Positions 44,287 through 53,975 are shown, counted from the first letter of the stretch. The stretch: 64,000 nt of DNA from Poseidonia sp. (GCA_965661285.1 CBFIDD010000001.1:500852-564851); one strand, 5' to 3'. Notes: generated by a model from the sequence alone, not told the origin. Translations and numbers: made by a program.

Positions 44287-45638
44287 GTGGCGGAGAAGCT
44301 CACGTTGAGAACAGCGTTTGGATGCGCGCCGTCTTGATCGGTGGCGTCTTCCTCGCCATCGGTATCCTCGCCTTCGCCACCATGGGCGTTGGTGTGGCCA
44401 ACATCAAACACCACGATTATGACGTCGCCATTGAGGAGTATGAGGACGCCAAGTACGCTTACGAAGACGCCAAAGCCAACGGTGCCAGCGAATCGGAAAT
44501 CAAATCCCTTAAGGAAGCCAAGGAAGAAGCGCACCACCATGAAATAGAAGCCCATCTATCTTACTTAACGTGGCGAACAGCAGGCATTACCATCCTGCTG
44601 ATGTGCATCACCTATGCAGCCTTCATGGGCCTGGGTGGCTTCATGAACTCGATTTATCCCGACGATGCCGGTCATGACGACCACGGCTACGGTGGCGATG
44701 ACCACGAGCACCACGGTTCAGGCTCGCCGATCGTGTTCTCGCTGGGTATTCTGCTCTTCTTGATGGGCTTCCCGTCCTTCCAAGGCGTGCTTGGTAACTT
44801 GCTTTCCGGCGTGGATGCCAACCTTAGCGACCTGGGTTTGAGCATGCTCGGCCTGGTGGTTGTCACCGCCGGTGTTGCCAACTGGTGGCGTGAAGACCTG
44901 CCGTTTATCGGCAATCACGAGCAAATTGCGACCTCCGATCCCTTTGAAGGTCAACACATCCGCAAGGCCGGCCTTTGGGTCTTCATTATGTCCGAAGTGA
45001 TGGTTTTCGCCACCTTCTTCTCGTCCTACCTCCGCATGCGCACAGAATGGTGCACAGGCTGGCAGGTCAACGCTGGAAATTGTGAGGAAGTGAACATGCT
45101 CACGGCCTCCGATTTCCTTCGACCCAACGGCGCCATGCTCGACGGACTGGGTGGACAAGGCGACTTCATGACGCTCTTACCCGGTGCCATCAACACCTTT
45201 GCGCTCATCATCTCCTCCTACACCATCGTGCTGGCCCTCAAGACGGCCAAGGACAAGGAGTGGACGGCCCCCTCAGGATTCATGGGCAAGCTGATGCCAA
45301 CCCGAAAAGTCGCTGTCCGAAACTACCTGCTCGCTACGTTCATTCTGGGTTCGATGTTTATTGTGCTGAAGCTCATTGAATGGAGCCATCTCGTTGCAGA
45401 AGGCTTCACCATCGGAACCCAAGCGGGCTCCATCTTCTACATCTCAACTGGCGCTCACGGCGTGCACGTCTTTGTCGGCTTGCTCGTGATGCTGTACTTG
45501 ATTTTCAAGGCAGGCTTTGCTGGAGACGATGTTGAATATGACGAGAGAAACGCTCAGGGCATCGAATACTTCGGTTTGTACTGGCACTTTGTCGACTTGG
45601 CTTGGGTGGTTATCTTCCCGGCCTTCTATCTGTATTGA
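44283..45638 (+). CDS. coxC: Cytochrome c oxidase subunit III with His-rich N-terminal extension
   Basis: NWWRED, GLWVFIMSEVMVFATFF, NTFALIISS, TGAHGVHV, GLYWHFVDLAW. Confidence 0.92.
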   Translation: MSGGEAHVENSVWMRAVLIGGVFLAIGILAFATMGVGVANIKHHDYDVAIEEYEDAKYAYEDAKANGASESEIKSLKEAKEEAHHHEIEAHLSYLTWRTAGITILLMCITYAAFMGLGGFMNSIYPDDAGHDDHGYGGDDHEHHGSGSPIVFSLGILLFLMGFPSFQGVLGNLLSGVDANLSDLGLSMLGLVVVTAGVANWWREDLPFIGNHEQIATSDPFEGQHIRKAGLWVFIMSEVMVFATFFSSYLRMRTEWCTGWQVNAGNCEEVNMLTASDFLRPNGAMLDGLGGQGDFMTLLPGAINTFALIISSYTIVLALKTAKDKEWTAPSGFMGKLMPTRKVAVRNYLLATFILGSMFIVLKLIEWSHLVAEGFTIGTQAGSIFYISTGAHGVHVFVGLLVMLYLIFKAGFAGDDVEYDERNAQGIEYFGLYWHFVDLAWVVIFPAFYLY

Positions 45639-45647
45639 GGTGAGATC

Positions 45648-46043
45648 ATGGGAGAACACGAAACAACTGGAATCTTGGAATCAATTGTTGAAAAACTGCC
45701 GGGTGGCTACGACATCTACTTTTGGAACTTCGTCATCTTGATGTTCTTCACGCTGTTCGAAGTCGCCGCCGTTTTCTTTGAGAAGATCCCCGGTACGGAC
45801 ATTGAAATTTCGCTCTACGCTGTTTGGGCTATCTTGATTGGCGTTGGTGTCATCAAGGGCTACGGCATCGCTGCCTACTTCATGCACTTGAAGGGCGACC
45901 CCCGTATCTACACCCGAACAGCGCTGTTCCCCGTGCTCTTTGTCTTGTTGATGCTTTGGGGTATCGGACTTTCCAACCCGGGTTCTGTCCAAGCGCTTCC
46001 CGACTGGTGCACGCCCAACTGGGAGTTTGCTAGCCAACGCTGA
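45648..46043 (+). CDS. Cytochrome c oxidase subunit IV family
   Basis: 3 TM; FTLFEV and AYFMHLK motifs; position in the cox operon. Confidence 0.85.
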   Translation: MGEHETTGILESIVEKLPGGYDIYFWNFVILMFFTLFEVAAVFFEKIPGTDIEISLYAVWAILIGVGVIKGYGIAAYFMHLKGDPRIYTRTALFPVLFVLLMLWGIGLSNPGSVQALPDWCTPNWEFASQR

Positions 46044-46052
46044 GGGTCAACC

Positions 46053-47579
46053 ATGCGAGCCAGCCAAAAAGCACTGGCCGTACTGATGCTCTCGGTTCTC
46101 CTGATGGCGCCCGCTTCTGCCTATCTTGGTAAACAGTTGGCACGCGGTCCGGTAGATGACTTCACGCTCCTCGACCACAAGGGCGAGTCGTACACCTTTG
46201 GAACGGACGCTGAAGGCGTGGTCGTCGTTTCGTTCATCTTCACCCGATGTCCGGATGTTTGTCCGGTGCTGACGCAGAAATTGATTGCAGTGGACGGGGA
46301 ACTCAGCGATGAGGAGCGGGAGGACGTCACCTTCGTTTCCATCAGCGTTGACCCCGACCACGATACGCCAGAGGTGCTCATGGAATACACCGAGCGCATG
46401 GGTGCGTCATGGCCGCATCTCACCGGTTCAACCGAAGAGATGCAACCGATTTGGGACATGTTTGGGGTGGTGGTTCAACAAAACGTCATCGACATGCACG
46501 TGATGGAGTACCAGCCCGGTGAAGCCTCCGTCACCGTGGTGGACACCGGCAACAACAGTTCTCAACACATGTTCGCTTGGTCGGGATGGAGCATCACACA
46601 AACGATGGCATCGACGGCCAATTTGAGCCTCAACACCTCCGTGCACAGCGAATACGGAACCACCGTCCACGGCATCAACGGCGTGGATTCACCGTCCGAC
46701 TGGTCGTGGTGGTGGGAGCTCAACCTTTGGAATGCCACCAACAGCTCCTGGGAACCATCCGATGTTGGCGTGGACAGCGTGGACGGGTTGGACCATCCAC
46801 ACATCGCCTGGTTGCCCTCAAACGGCAATCGAAGTGCGCTTTCGCCACCCCACGATGACCATGCGACAAGCTTGAGTGTGCAGTGGCCCAACGGTACGCA
46901 AGAACAGTTCGGGCAGGAGGCGTTCAACGCCTACCACATCACGCAAGGTGCGCTCAACGGGGCCGACGTGAACACGTCCATTGAACTCACAACCTACGGA
47001 CACTACCTCTCAAGCCTCGGTGACGAAGACGCCCCTGACGATTATGCGTGGTGGTGGAACCTCTACGGATGGAATGCAACCGACGAAATGTGGGAATCCT
47101 CCAGCGTCGGCATGGACGATTTCAGCGAACCGCTGCACCTCGCTTGGGCACCCTCCTACACCAATGCCTCAACCATACCAGCCCCAACCGTTGAAGCCTC
47201 TGATGAAACGGTCTGCAACGGACATGGATGGGAAATGGGCAGCGGCGAATCAAAGCACTGCATGTGCGACAGCGGCTACATCTGGGCCGAGGACGACCAG
47301 TTGAGTTGCGTGCCCGAAACCACCGAGGAATACAACGTGGGCCATTCCACCATCACCTACATTCTCAACGATGATCTTGAACCAACCGTGGCATGGACCG
47401 GCGATGCTTGGCGCGTCGAAGACTTCACGGCCGACGTGAGAGAACTCCTTGAGAAGGAACAATTGGGTGGCTACGAAGCCGGTGTGGTGCCCTCAATTTC
47501 GTTGTTGATGACCACCATCGCACTGCTTTCAGCCACTGTTTTCCTTGGCGCACGCCGAGATGAGACGGACGAAGAGTAG
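46053..47579 (+). CDS. SCO/SenC copper chaperone with two inserted DUF4430-like domains and an EGF-like module
   Basis: DFTLLDHKG, FIFTRCPDVCP, ISVDPDHDTP, WPHLTG, ~275-aa insert, YNVGHSTITYIL; C-terminal TM. Confidence 0.88.
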   Translation: MRASQKALAVLMLSVLLMAPASAYLGKQLARGPVDDFTLLDHKGESYTFGTDAEGVVVVSFIFTRCPDVCPVLTQKLIAVDGELSDEEREDVTFVSISVDPDHDTPEVLMEYTERMGASWPHLTGSTEEMQPIWDMFGVVVQQNVIDMHVMEYQPGEASVTVVDTGNNSSQHMFAWSGWSITQTMASTANLSLNTSVHSEYGTTVHGINGVDSPSDWSWWWELNLWNATNSSWEPSDVGVDSVDGLDHPHIAWLPSNGNRSALSPPHDDHATSLSVQWPNGTQEQFGQEAFNAYHITQGALNGADVNTSIELTTYGHYLSSLGDEDAPDDYAWWWNLYGWNATDEMWESSSVGMDDFSEPLHLAWAPSYTNASTIPAPTVEASDETVCNGHGWEMGSGESKHCMCDSGYIWAEDDQLSCVPETTEEYNVGHSTITYILNDDLEPTVAWTGDAWRVEDFTADVRELLEKEQLGGYEAGVVPSISLLMTTIALLSATVFLGARRDETDEE

Positions 47580-47622
47580 GGGGCGAAAGAAGAAAAAGTG
47601 GCGCCGCTCCGCCACGGATAGA

Positions 47623-47708
47623 GCAGTCGTCGCATAGCCTGGTATTGCGCCGGATTTGAAATCCGGTGTCCCCGTGACTCGGGAGTTCAAATCTCTCCGA
47701 CTGCGCCA
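47623..47708 (+). tRNA. tRNA-Ser (anticodon UGA), encoded CCA, no intron
   Basis: Acceptor GCAGTCG/CGACTGC, D-arm TAGCCTGGTA, anticodon arm CCGGA-TTTGAAA-TCCGG, long variable arm, T-arm GGGAG-TTCAAAT-CTCTC, G discriminator plus CCA. Confidence 0.96.
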
Positions 47709-47766
47709 CTCCGATATCGACAAAAATCAGGGAAGACTTCTCAAACTCCACCCGCTCTCTCGGGGT

Positions 47767-49230
47767 ATGCGCAGAGGTACCCTCGCCATCTGTCTCATCG
47801 CCAGCATGCTTCTGGCTGGTTGCCTCGGACCCTCAACAGCCGAATGGGGAACGGGTTCGGGAGCGGTCCAGGTGGACTTCGCCATGGATGGCACCACCGT
47901 CAAAAGCACCTTGCTTGGTGAGTCTCGAACCGTAAGCGACCTGCTCCCGGTCGGTTGCACACCCGGAACAGAAGGCGGCACACTCGAAGCCGGTGCCGGC
48001 AGCCCCATCACGTTCACAGGCTATCTTGCTGCAAGTCAGTTTTACGACGCGCACGACAGCGTGATGGGCGCCCGGGGTCTTGACGTTGGTGTCACAACTG
48101 CGGTTGCGATACAGTCCATGCCCTTTGATGCGGCCGCCTCGGTGGTTGATGGCGAAGGCGCTCGAATCGATGTCAAGCAATGGGCGCTCCCCCTCCAGCC
48201 CGACACGGGTGCGGGAAGCGTTGACATCGATGAAGTCGATTCGGAGTCCGAAACCGATTGGTTTGTCCTCGGACTGATTCCAACCACGGAAAATCTCCTT
48301 GACGGCATGAAGGCCTTGGGCGAGTGGCATCAACCCGTGACGGTTCACGGTTACCTCGTATCTGCAGCCAACTCGAGTCAAAACGCCTACGGGTACCAAG
48401 CCACATGGCACAAAGCCAGCAACGAATGCGCATTGACGGTTGGATCGACCAACAAGGAAGACGCCTACGTGCTTGTCTCAAAGATTTCTCTCGACGGCGC
48501 CACCGTTTCAGCCAACGGTGAAGCGGACGACGAATGGGTTCAGGGTGATGTGCCCTTCCTCGGTCGAGGCGGATTCATCATGTTCTTCCTCATTGCTGGC
48601 CTTGGCGGTGCCGTCGGCCTGTTCATCGTCTCCAAACAGATGATGATGGGGGCAGCCCAGAAGAATATGCGGATCCTCATCGGCGACGAGGGCATGAAGA
48701 AGGCGGCCAGTGTCAAAAAGGACGCCAAGGCTGCCAAGAAGGCAGGTATGGAATCGCCTGAAGATCGTCAACGCCGGCAACAACGCGAACGTCAACAAGT
48801 CGAAAAAGAACAGAAGAGAAAACAACCCCCAGCAAAGAGCGAACCCAAGAAGAAGGACGAAGACGCCTTGGGTGGATTTGACCTTGACAGCGTGCTGGCA
48901 TCAACCTCATCGGGCGGACCCGGCGGTTCTGCCCCCAAAGGCCGAAAGAGTTCGGTGGTCGTCACCGAGGCGGCTCAAGAAATGGAACACATGAATGCAC
49001 AACAAGAGACGACGACCACAACATCATCCCTTCCTGCTTCGTTCTCACAGCAGCGCCGAAGTGCACCGCCAACGCAGACACGGTCCGAGCAACCTACAGA
49101 AGCCCCCGCCAAGCCCAAGGTCCGACGTCGGAAGGCCGTGAAGAGGTCTGCTTCCGAACCTGCAGAAGAGCGTGCTCCGCCTGCTGAACACTACGATGAC
49201 GAAGAGGACTTCTCCGACTTCTCGTTCTAG
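47767..49230 (+). CDS. Hypothetical lipoprotein/membrane protein with charged disordered cytoplasmic tail
   Basis: Lipobox-like LAGC, external domain, internal TM, K/Q/E-rich tail ending DFSDFSF. Confidence 0.8.
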   Translation: MRRGTLAICLIASMLLAGCLGPSTAEWGTGSGAVQVDFAMDGTTVKSTLLGESRTVSDLLPVGCTPGTEGGTLEAGAGSPITFTGYLAASQFYDAHDSVMGARGLDVGVTTAVAIQSMPFDAAASVVDGEGARIDVKQWALPLQPDTGAGSVDIDEVDSESETDWFVLGLIPTTENLLDGMKALGEWHQPVTVHGYLVSAANSSQNAYGYQATWHKASNECALTVGSTNKEDAYVLVSKISLDGATVSANGEADDEWVQGDVPFLGRGGFIMFFLIAGLGGAVGLFIVSKQMMMGAAQKNMRILIGDEGMKKAASVKKDAKAAKKAGMESPEDRQRRQQRERQQVEKEQKRKQPPAKSEPKKKDEDALGGFDLDSVLASTSSGGPGGSAPKGRKSSVVVTEAAQEMEHMNAQQETTTTTSSLPASFSQQRRSAPPTQTRSEQPTEAPAKPKVRRRKAVKRSASEPAEERAPPAEHYDDEEDFSDFSF

Positions 49231-50285
49231 TTGGGTCGCATGATGTGAGCGGCGTGCTTGAGCACCGTCATGCTGAGAGGGGTTGAGCCGATGTTTTCTC
49301 CATCGATGTTGATGGCGGTCGGCTCGGCAGTATCGATTTTCAGCGTGGTAAACCGATGATAATCCACCCGTGGATGGAACACATGTCGGCCTTCTTTTTT
49401 GAGCATACCAAAGGCTTTGAGCACGTCTCGACGGGTCATTTTCTTCAAGATCCCGATGTCCATCAACCCGTCATCGGTGCTCGCACCCGGTGCGAGCGGG
49501 AGGAGGGACCCGCCCGTTTGCGTGTTTTGTACCAGAAACAGGGTGAAGTCATCGGTGATGAAACAGTCGTCCAACGTCAGGGTGGCGGTACGCCTCCGAT
49601 TTGCCATGATGGCCAGCAGAATCCCCACATCGTAGCGAACAGGCCCCATCCAACGCATCTTTTCTGCTTGAATCGTTGAATCAACACCCAATCCCCATGT
49701 CACGAGATTGTGGCTGTAGCGAATCATCGGCTCGCCCGTCGCACCGGGAAGTCCCTCGGTCAACTCAACTTTGGCCAAATCCAGAGCGTGACGCCGCCCG
49801 TCCAGAATGGCCTCAATCGCACGGTCGACTGAAGAAAGGTTGAGGTCGTGCGCATGAGAGTTGCCCGTACCGGCCGGAATAATGGCAAAGGTTTCGCTGA
49901 CGCCCTTACCGAGGAGCATGCGGCCGGTGATCGCTTCAGAAAGCGAACCATCACCTCCCACAACGGCGATGACATCGCTCTCTTCCACCACGAGGGCTGA
50001 AGCGACTGTGATGAGATGACCGCTGTAGGCAGAATAGCTGGCATCGACGTCGACACCCGCATCCTTCAGCCTTTCAATGACGTTTGAGGCAATGTCCCGC
50101 CCCTTTTTCTTCCCCGAGAAAGGGTTGACCAAGAGATGAACCTTGGATGGAGGGCCGTGAGAGGCGCCTGCGTGCTGAAACACATCAGCAAACACGGGGC
50201 GGTGGGCACCCTTCTTTCGAGGGCTCGAACCGTCATGGTCGAACGCCATTGGTTCCAATAGACCCTCCACAGGTGCGTTGCCCAT
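49227..50285 (-). CDS. Diacylglycerol/sphingosine kinase family protein (YegS/DAGK-like)
   Basis: LVNPFSG, VVGGDGSLSE, IPAGTGN, GG..LAPGA..DDG, NIDGE. Confidence 0.9.
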   Translation of the reverse strand: MGNAPVEGLLEPMAFDHDGSSPRKKGAHRPVFADVFQHAGASHGPPSKVHLLVNPFSGKKKGRDIASNVIERLKDAGVDVDASYSAYSGHLITVASALVVEESDVIAVVGGDGSLSEAITGRMLLGKGVSETFAIIPAGTGNSHAHDLNLSSVDRAIEAILDGRRHALDLAKVELTEGLPGATGEPMIRYSHNLVTWGLGVDSTIQAEKMRWMGPVRYDVGILLAIMANRRRTATLTLDDCFITDDFTLFLVQNTQTGGSLLPLAPGASTDDGLMDIGILKKMTRRDVLKAFGMLKKEGRHVFHPRVDYHRFTTLKIDTAEPTAINIDGENIGSTPLSMTVLKHAAHIMRPN

Positions 50286-50452
50286 GGGTTCCTCAAGGTG
50301 TTTCAACCCTTGAATGCTTCTCCATCGCGTGGTTTTTACAATTATTCAATATGCATTTAATTTACACCGATATGAATAATTTGCGAGATTTTCCTGCATT
50401 TTGCGCTGGAGCCAATGCAAGCAGTCATGAACAAGTGGGGTCTGGACGGTAT

Positions 50453-51487
50453 GTGGCAGAAGCATGGAGTGATGCAGACCGCATGTTCATGGAACATGCG
50501 TTGCTGGTCGCTGAACGAGGGCGTGGCAAGGTCAGCCCCAATCCTCTGGTCGGCTGCGTTCTCGTCAAAGACGGCGTGGTGATCGCCGAAGGCTGGCACG
50601 ACCACCTGGGGGGCTTGCATGCAGAGCAGATGGCCATTCACGATGCTGAGGAAAAGGGGCATTCGCCAAACGGCTCCACCGCCTACGTTACCCTTGAGCC
50701 CTGCAATCACTTTGGCAGAACACCGCCCTGCACAGAGGCCTTGATGTGGGCTGGTGTGCGCGAAGTCATCATCGCTGCTCACGACCCAAATCCGACGGTC
50801 CGAGGCAACGGCTGCAGTGTGCTGGAGGAGGCGGGCATCCCCACTCGCGTCGGCCTGTTGAAAGACGAAGCAAACGAACAAATGCGTGCCTTCATGCACT
50901 GGTGTTCACACCGGCGTCCGCTTGTTACGGTCAAGATGGCCCTCGATGCGAACGGATCGGTCGACGACCGAAGCGAGGAGCCGAAACGATTCACGTCGCG
51001 AGGTTGTTTAGAGAAGGTGCACGAATTGCGGCGGGATTGCGATGCCGTGCTGGTGGGGGTTGAGACCGTGAATCGAGACGATCCTCAGCTTAACGTCCGC
51101 TTGGTGCCCTCAACGCGCCAACCGCTCCGCGTCGTCATCGACCCCAACCAGCGCATCAAAAACGATGCGCAACTCATCACCGACGGAGGAGAAACGTTGC
51201 TTATGCAACGTGAATATTCAGGACTGTCTTCTCTTCTTCATCAACTGGCCGACCGAGAGATTCAACGCGTCCTCGTTGAAGGCGGACCGACCACCGTTCA
51301 CCGGTTTTTAGAGGCCGGGCTGGTGGAGGAGGTCTTCTTGATTCACAGCACGGTGATGCATAAGCAGCCGGTCCCTGCCAATCTTTCGGCACAAAACCTC
51401 AGCGATGCCGGCCTCGCCTTGGCTCATGAATACGTGTGGGGCGAAGAGCGAGTGGAACATTATCTTCGCACGCCTACTTCAGCGTGA
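50453..51487 (+). CDS. ribD: Bifunctional riboflavin biosynthesis deaminase/reductase RibD
   Basis: PNPLVGCV, HAE, YVTLEPCNHFGRTPPC, LVGVETVNRDDPQLNVR, VLVEGG. Confidence 0.92.
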   Translation: MAEAWSDADRMFMEHALLVAERGRGKVSPNPLVGCVLVKDGVVIAEGWHDHLGGLHAEQMAIHDAEEKGHSPNGSTAYVTLEPCNHFGRTPPCTEALMWAGVREVIIAAHDPNPTVRGNGCSVLEEAGIPTRVGLLKDEANEQMRAFMHWCSHRRPLVTVKMALDANGSVDDRSEEPKRFTSRGCLEKVHELRRDCDAVLVGVETVNRDDPQLNVRLVPSTRQPLRVVIDPNQRIKNDAQLITDGGETLLMQREYSGLSSLLHQLADREIQRVLVEGGPTTVHRFLEAGLVEEVFLIHSTVMHKQPVPANLSAQNLSDAGLALAHEYVWGEERVEHYLRTPTSA

Positions 51488-52286
51488 GAATCTCGTTCCA
51501 TCGATGTGAGGAACCTTTGCGAAACAGGCCTTCGTGAAAGGCTCGCTGCTGCATGTGGACGCACCGTGCGATGCGACCACGATGGTTGTAGCATCCTTGA
51601 CGCGTGTGAACCACCACGAGAAGCTCATCCAGTGAGATGGCGGGCCCGGTCGGTGATGGAGGCGGGGTCGAGACCCGCTCGGTTGCCCCATCCCATTCAA
51701 CATCGCCGGTGGTTGGAGGGGAAAGTTCCCCGTGCTCAAATCGAACGCCACCTTCGGCGAGTTTCACGGGGCGCCAGGTTGAACGGACGCCGTTGTCCAA
51801 CCAGTCCCTGATGCGTTTCAGTTGCTCCTTGGTCGCCAAACCGATGTGAGAGCGCTCCCACCACCCCGGTGTTCGAGCAAGGGTCACGTGGTGAATTCCG
51901 GGATAGGCGTCGCGAGGGTCCAAGCCGTCAGCCCACGTTCTGCAGATGCCTTCCAAACGAACGGTAAGGAGCGGAAGCGGTCCGAGATTGATGTCTTGGA
52001 GCCGATAGGGATTGGCCAATTCCCCTTGGAGCAGGATGGGGCGCCGTTCTTCGAGAGGCGGGGCCTGTTCATCCGCAAGCAAGGTCTCGAGGGATGCGGT
52101 TTTGGTTCCAAATCGCTTGAAGTATGCAAGAAGTTCCGAGCCTTCGAGAACCTCGTCACCCGCTTCGCCTTCAAAGCCATCCAAGACAAGAAGTGCGTTC
52201 TGCGTGAACAGAAGCGATGCCTCCGGCAGGGCCAACGGAGAATTGTTCGCAGCGTATGGCCAACGTCGTGGCGAGGTCCCGTTCAT
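51474..52286 (-). CDS. Hypothetical protein
   Basis: 270-aa ORF, ATG start with TTCATG at -30..-25. Confidence 0.7.
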   Translation of the reverse strand: MNGTSPRRWPYAANNSPLALPEASLLFTQNALLVLDGFEGEAGDEVLEGSELLAYFKRFGTKTASLETLLADEQAPPLEERRPILLQGELANPYRLQDINLGPLPLLTVRLEGICRTWADGLDPRDAYPGIHHVTLARTPGWWERSHIGLATKEQLKRIRDWLDNGVRSTWRPVKLAEGGVRFEHGELSPPTTGDVEWDGATERVSTPPPSPTGPAISLDELLVVVHTRQGCYNHRGRIARCVHMQQRAFHEGLFRKGSSHRWNEILTLK

Positions 52287-52324
52287 GTGGTGGGCTGCTC
52301 AACACCCGTACATGAAACCGTCCT

Positions 52325-52747
52325 TCAATCGGTGTAGGTCGCCTCGAAGAGGCACGCGGGACATGTCACCTTGATCGGGCGTATATCGGGTATCCCGAGC
52401 GCAACACCGCAGGCTGAACACAAAATAGCCTGCTTGACCTGCTCGCGCCGTTCTTCCGCATCTCGTGTTGGGTCGTATTCAAATCGAAACTGCCGCTTGT
52501 CAAGGAGATTGGGGGCTGTCGAGGAGGGTGTTGACGGCAAATCCGGAACCCCTTTGTGCGATGTATCCCAGGACGGTGCGGGTTGATCGACCGCTGGTGG
52601 TGCGGGGGTTGGCATGGTTTGCAGGGCCGCACGAATCGTTGCCTCGTCCACACCGTAGGCTTTGCACAACCGGTCAATTTCGAGAATTTGGTCGTAGCCG
52701 GATAAACCTCTGACCTTTTCCAGCGCTTGTGCGGGAATGGTAGCCAT
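52325..52747 (-). CDS. Hypothetical protein with C-terminal zinc ribbon
   Basis: CSAC..CPAC at the C-terminus; Pro-rich linker. Confidence 0.75.
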   Translation of the reverse strand: MATIPAQALEKVRGLSGYDQILEIDRLCKAYGVDEATIRAALQTMPTPAPPAVDQPAPSWDTSHKGVPDLPSTPSSTAPNLLDKRQFRFEYDPTRDAEERREQVKQAILCSACGVALGIPDIRPIKVTCPACLFEATYTD

Positions 52748-52853
52748 GCATCATCGGTGCGGTTTTCTCGCTATATTTGTTGAGGGCGTTCGTGTGTTCA
52801 AACTCAAAGTTCCGTGCCGGTGGCAGGGACGGGATTGAGCGAGGAGAACGAGG

Positions 52854-53975
52854 TTAGATTCCCCAGTAGCGGTCGGCCTGCGCCTGGCGGGTTTGCAGGG
52901 TACGGACAACGGTGGTGACCGTCCACAGGACAGCGACCCAAATCAAGGGGGTTGTGAGGTCGTTGAGGATCATCTCAACGCTGAACTCATACGACGTTCC
53001 ACTGAGCACACGAATCGCAATGTCAAGGGCGGCGTTCAAGAAGGAATACACCACCATACCGAACACGCTCAGCACGATCAAACTGCCCGAAAACGACCCG
53101 CGTTTCAAACGGAGAAGCATGAATCCGGCCGTCGACGTCAAGAAAGCGATGACGGTCCATGCCAGGGAGGAATGAATGACGCTCAGCCACAACACCGATT
53201 GGGAGTCGGCGGTGGCTTCCGTAAGGCCGAACGCTCGCCATCCTTCCGCTACGGCAAAAATAGCGCTGAACAGGGTCGCCGTCCACAACAACGAGGAGAA
53301 CATGGCAGCATCGGCGTTTTCACGCATTTCTTGGATGACTCGGTTCACGGTGGATTCGATGCCTGCGCCCTTGCTGAAGATGTAGAGCCCAAGAACCAGC
53401 GGCAGGCCACCGATGACCACGCCGCCAATTTCGTTTGGCAGCATAATGCCAAGGCCCAAAATTGCCAACACAGCTCCAAATGGAATCATGATTTTTGAAC
53501 GCCATTTGGGGTCTTCAAGGGCCTTTATGATGTAATAATAGGTGCTTTCGATGCCTTTGGATTGTTTCACGATGATTTTCTCGACGTGGTCAATGCGAAC
53601 TTGTGAGGTGATGATGGGGAGGACGCTTTCGTCTTCTGCGCCGTCCGTCACCAAAATGGCCTGGTCGGGTTGGAAGGCGGACACCACTTCATCCAACTGA
53701 GCGGCGATGGCTCGGTCAGAGCGAACCCCTACCTTTTCGTCACCGGTCAAAATGGCGATTTCAACATCGTCTTCCTCGGTCTTGCTGTCCGCCAGTTTAT
53801 CGTGTTGGGAAAGCGCACCAAGAATAGCGTTGGTATCGCTTTCTTCTGGGTCAGCGATGCCCAGTTTCAACGCCGCGGTGAGGACTTGACGGCGCCCGAC
53901 AACAGGCCCGCGGATGGAGGTCTTCAGCCCGAGGTCGTTGTCTCGGTCAACCGTAATCACCAGCGTTCTCGTCAT
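52854..53975 (-). CDS. DUF373 family membrane protein
   Basis: LVITVDRDNDLG, ADPEESDTN, VTDGAEDE, VKQSKGIESTYY plus TM helices. Confidence 0.9.
   Translation of the reverse strand: MTRTLVITVDRDNDLGLKTSIRGPVVGRRQVLTAALKLGIADPEESDTNAILGALSQHDKLADSKTEEDDVEIAILTGDEKVGVRSDRAIAAQLDEVVSAFQPDQAILVTDGAEDESVLPIITSQVRIDHVEKIIVKQSKGIESTYYYIIKALEDPKWRSKIMIPFGAVLAILGLGIMLPNEIGGVVIGGLPLVLGLYIFSKGAGIESTVNRVIQEMRENADAAMFSSLLWTATLFSAIFAVAEGWRAFGLTEATADSQSVLWLSVIHSSLAWTVIAFLTSTAGFMLLRLKRGSFSGSLIVLSVFGMVVYSFLNAALDIAIRVLSGTSYEFSVEMILNDLTTPLIWVAVLWTVTTVVRTLQTRQAQADRYWGI

Noticed and set aside
33577-47579. Several proteins ending in EE/EEE as RimK substrates
   Set aside because: In several cases GAG/GAA-rich ends double as the Shine-Dalgarno of the next gene, and the proteome is generally acidic.
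47586-47615. GTGGCG/CGCCAC hairpin with A-tract before tRNA-Ser as a terminator
   Set aside because: The U-tract would be on the minus strand, where no gene ends; a 6-bp stem is plausible by chance.
47650-47666. tRNA as tRNA-Sec or an opal suppressor
   Set aside because: The anticodon reads 5'-UGA-3', which decodes Ser UCA; the tRNA has an ordinary 7/5 fold.
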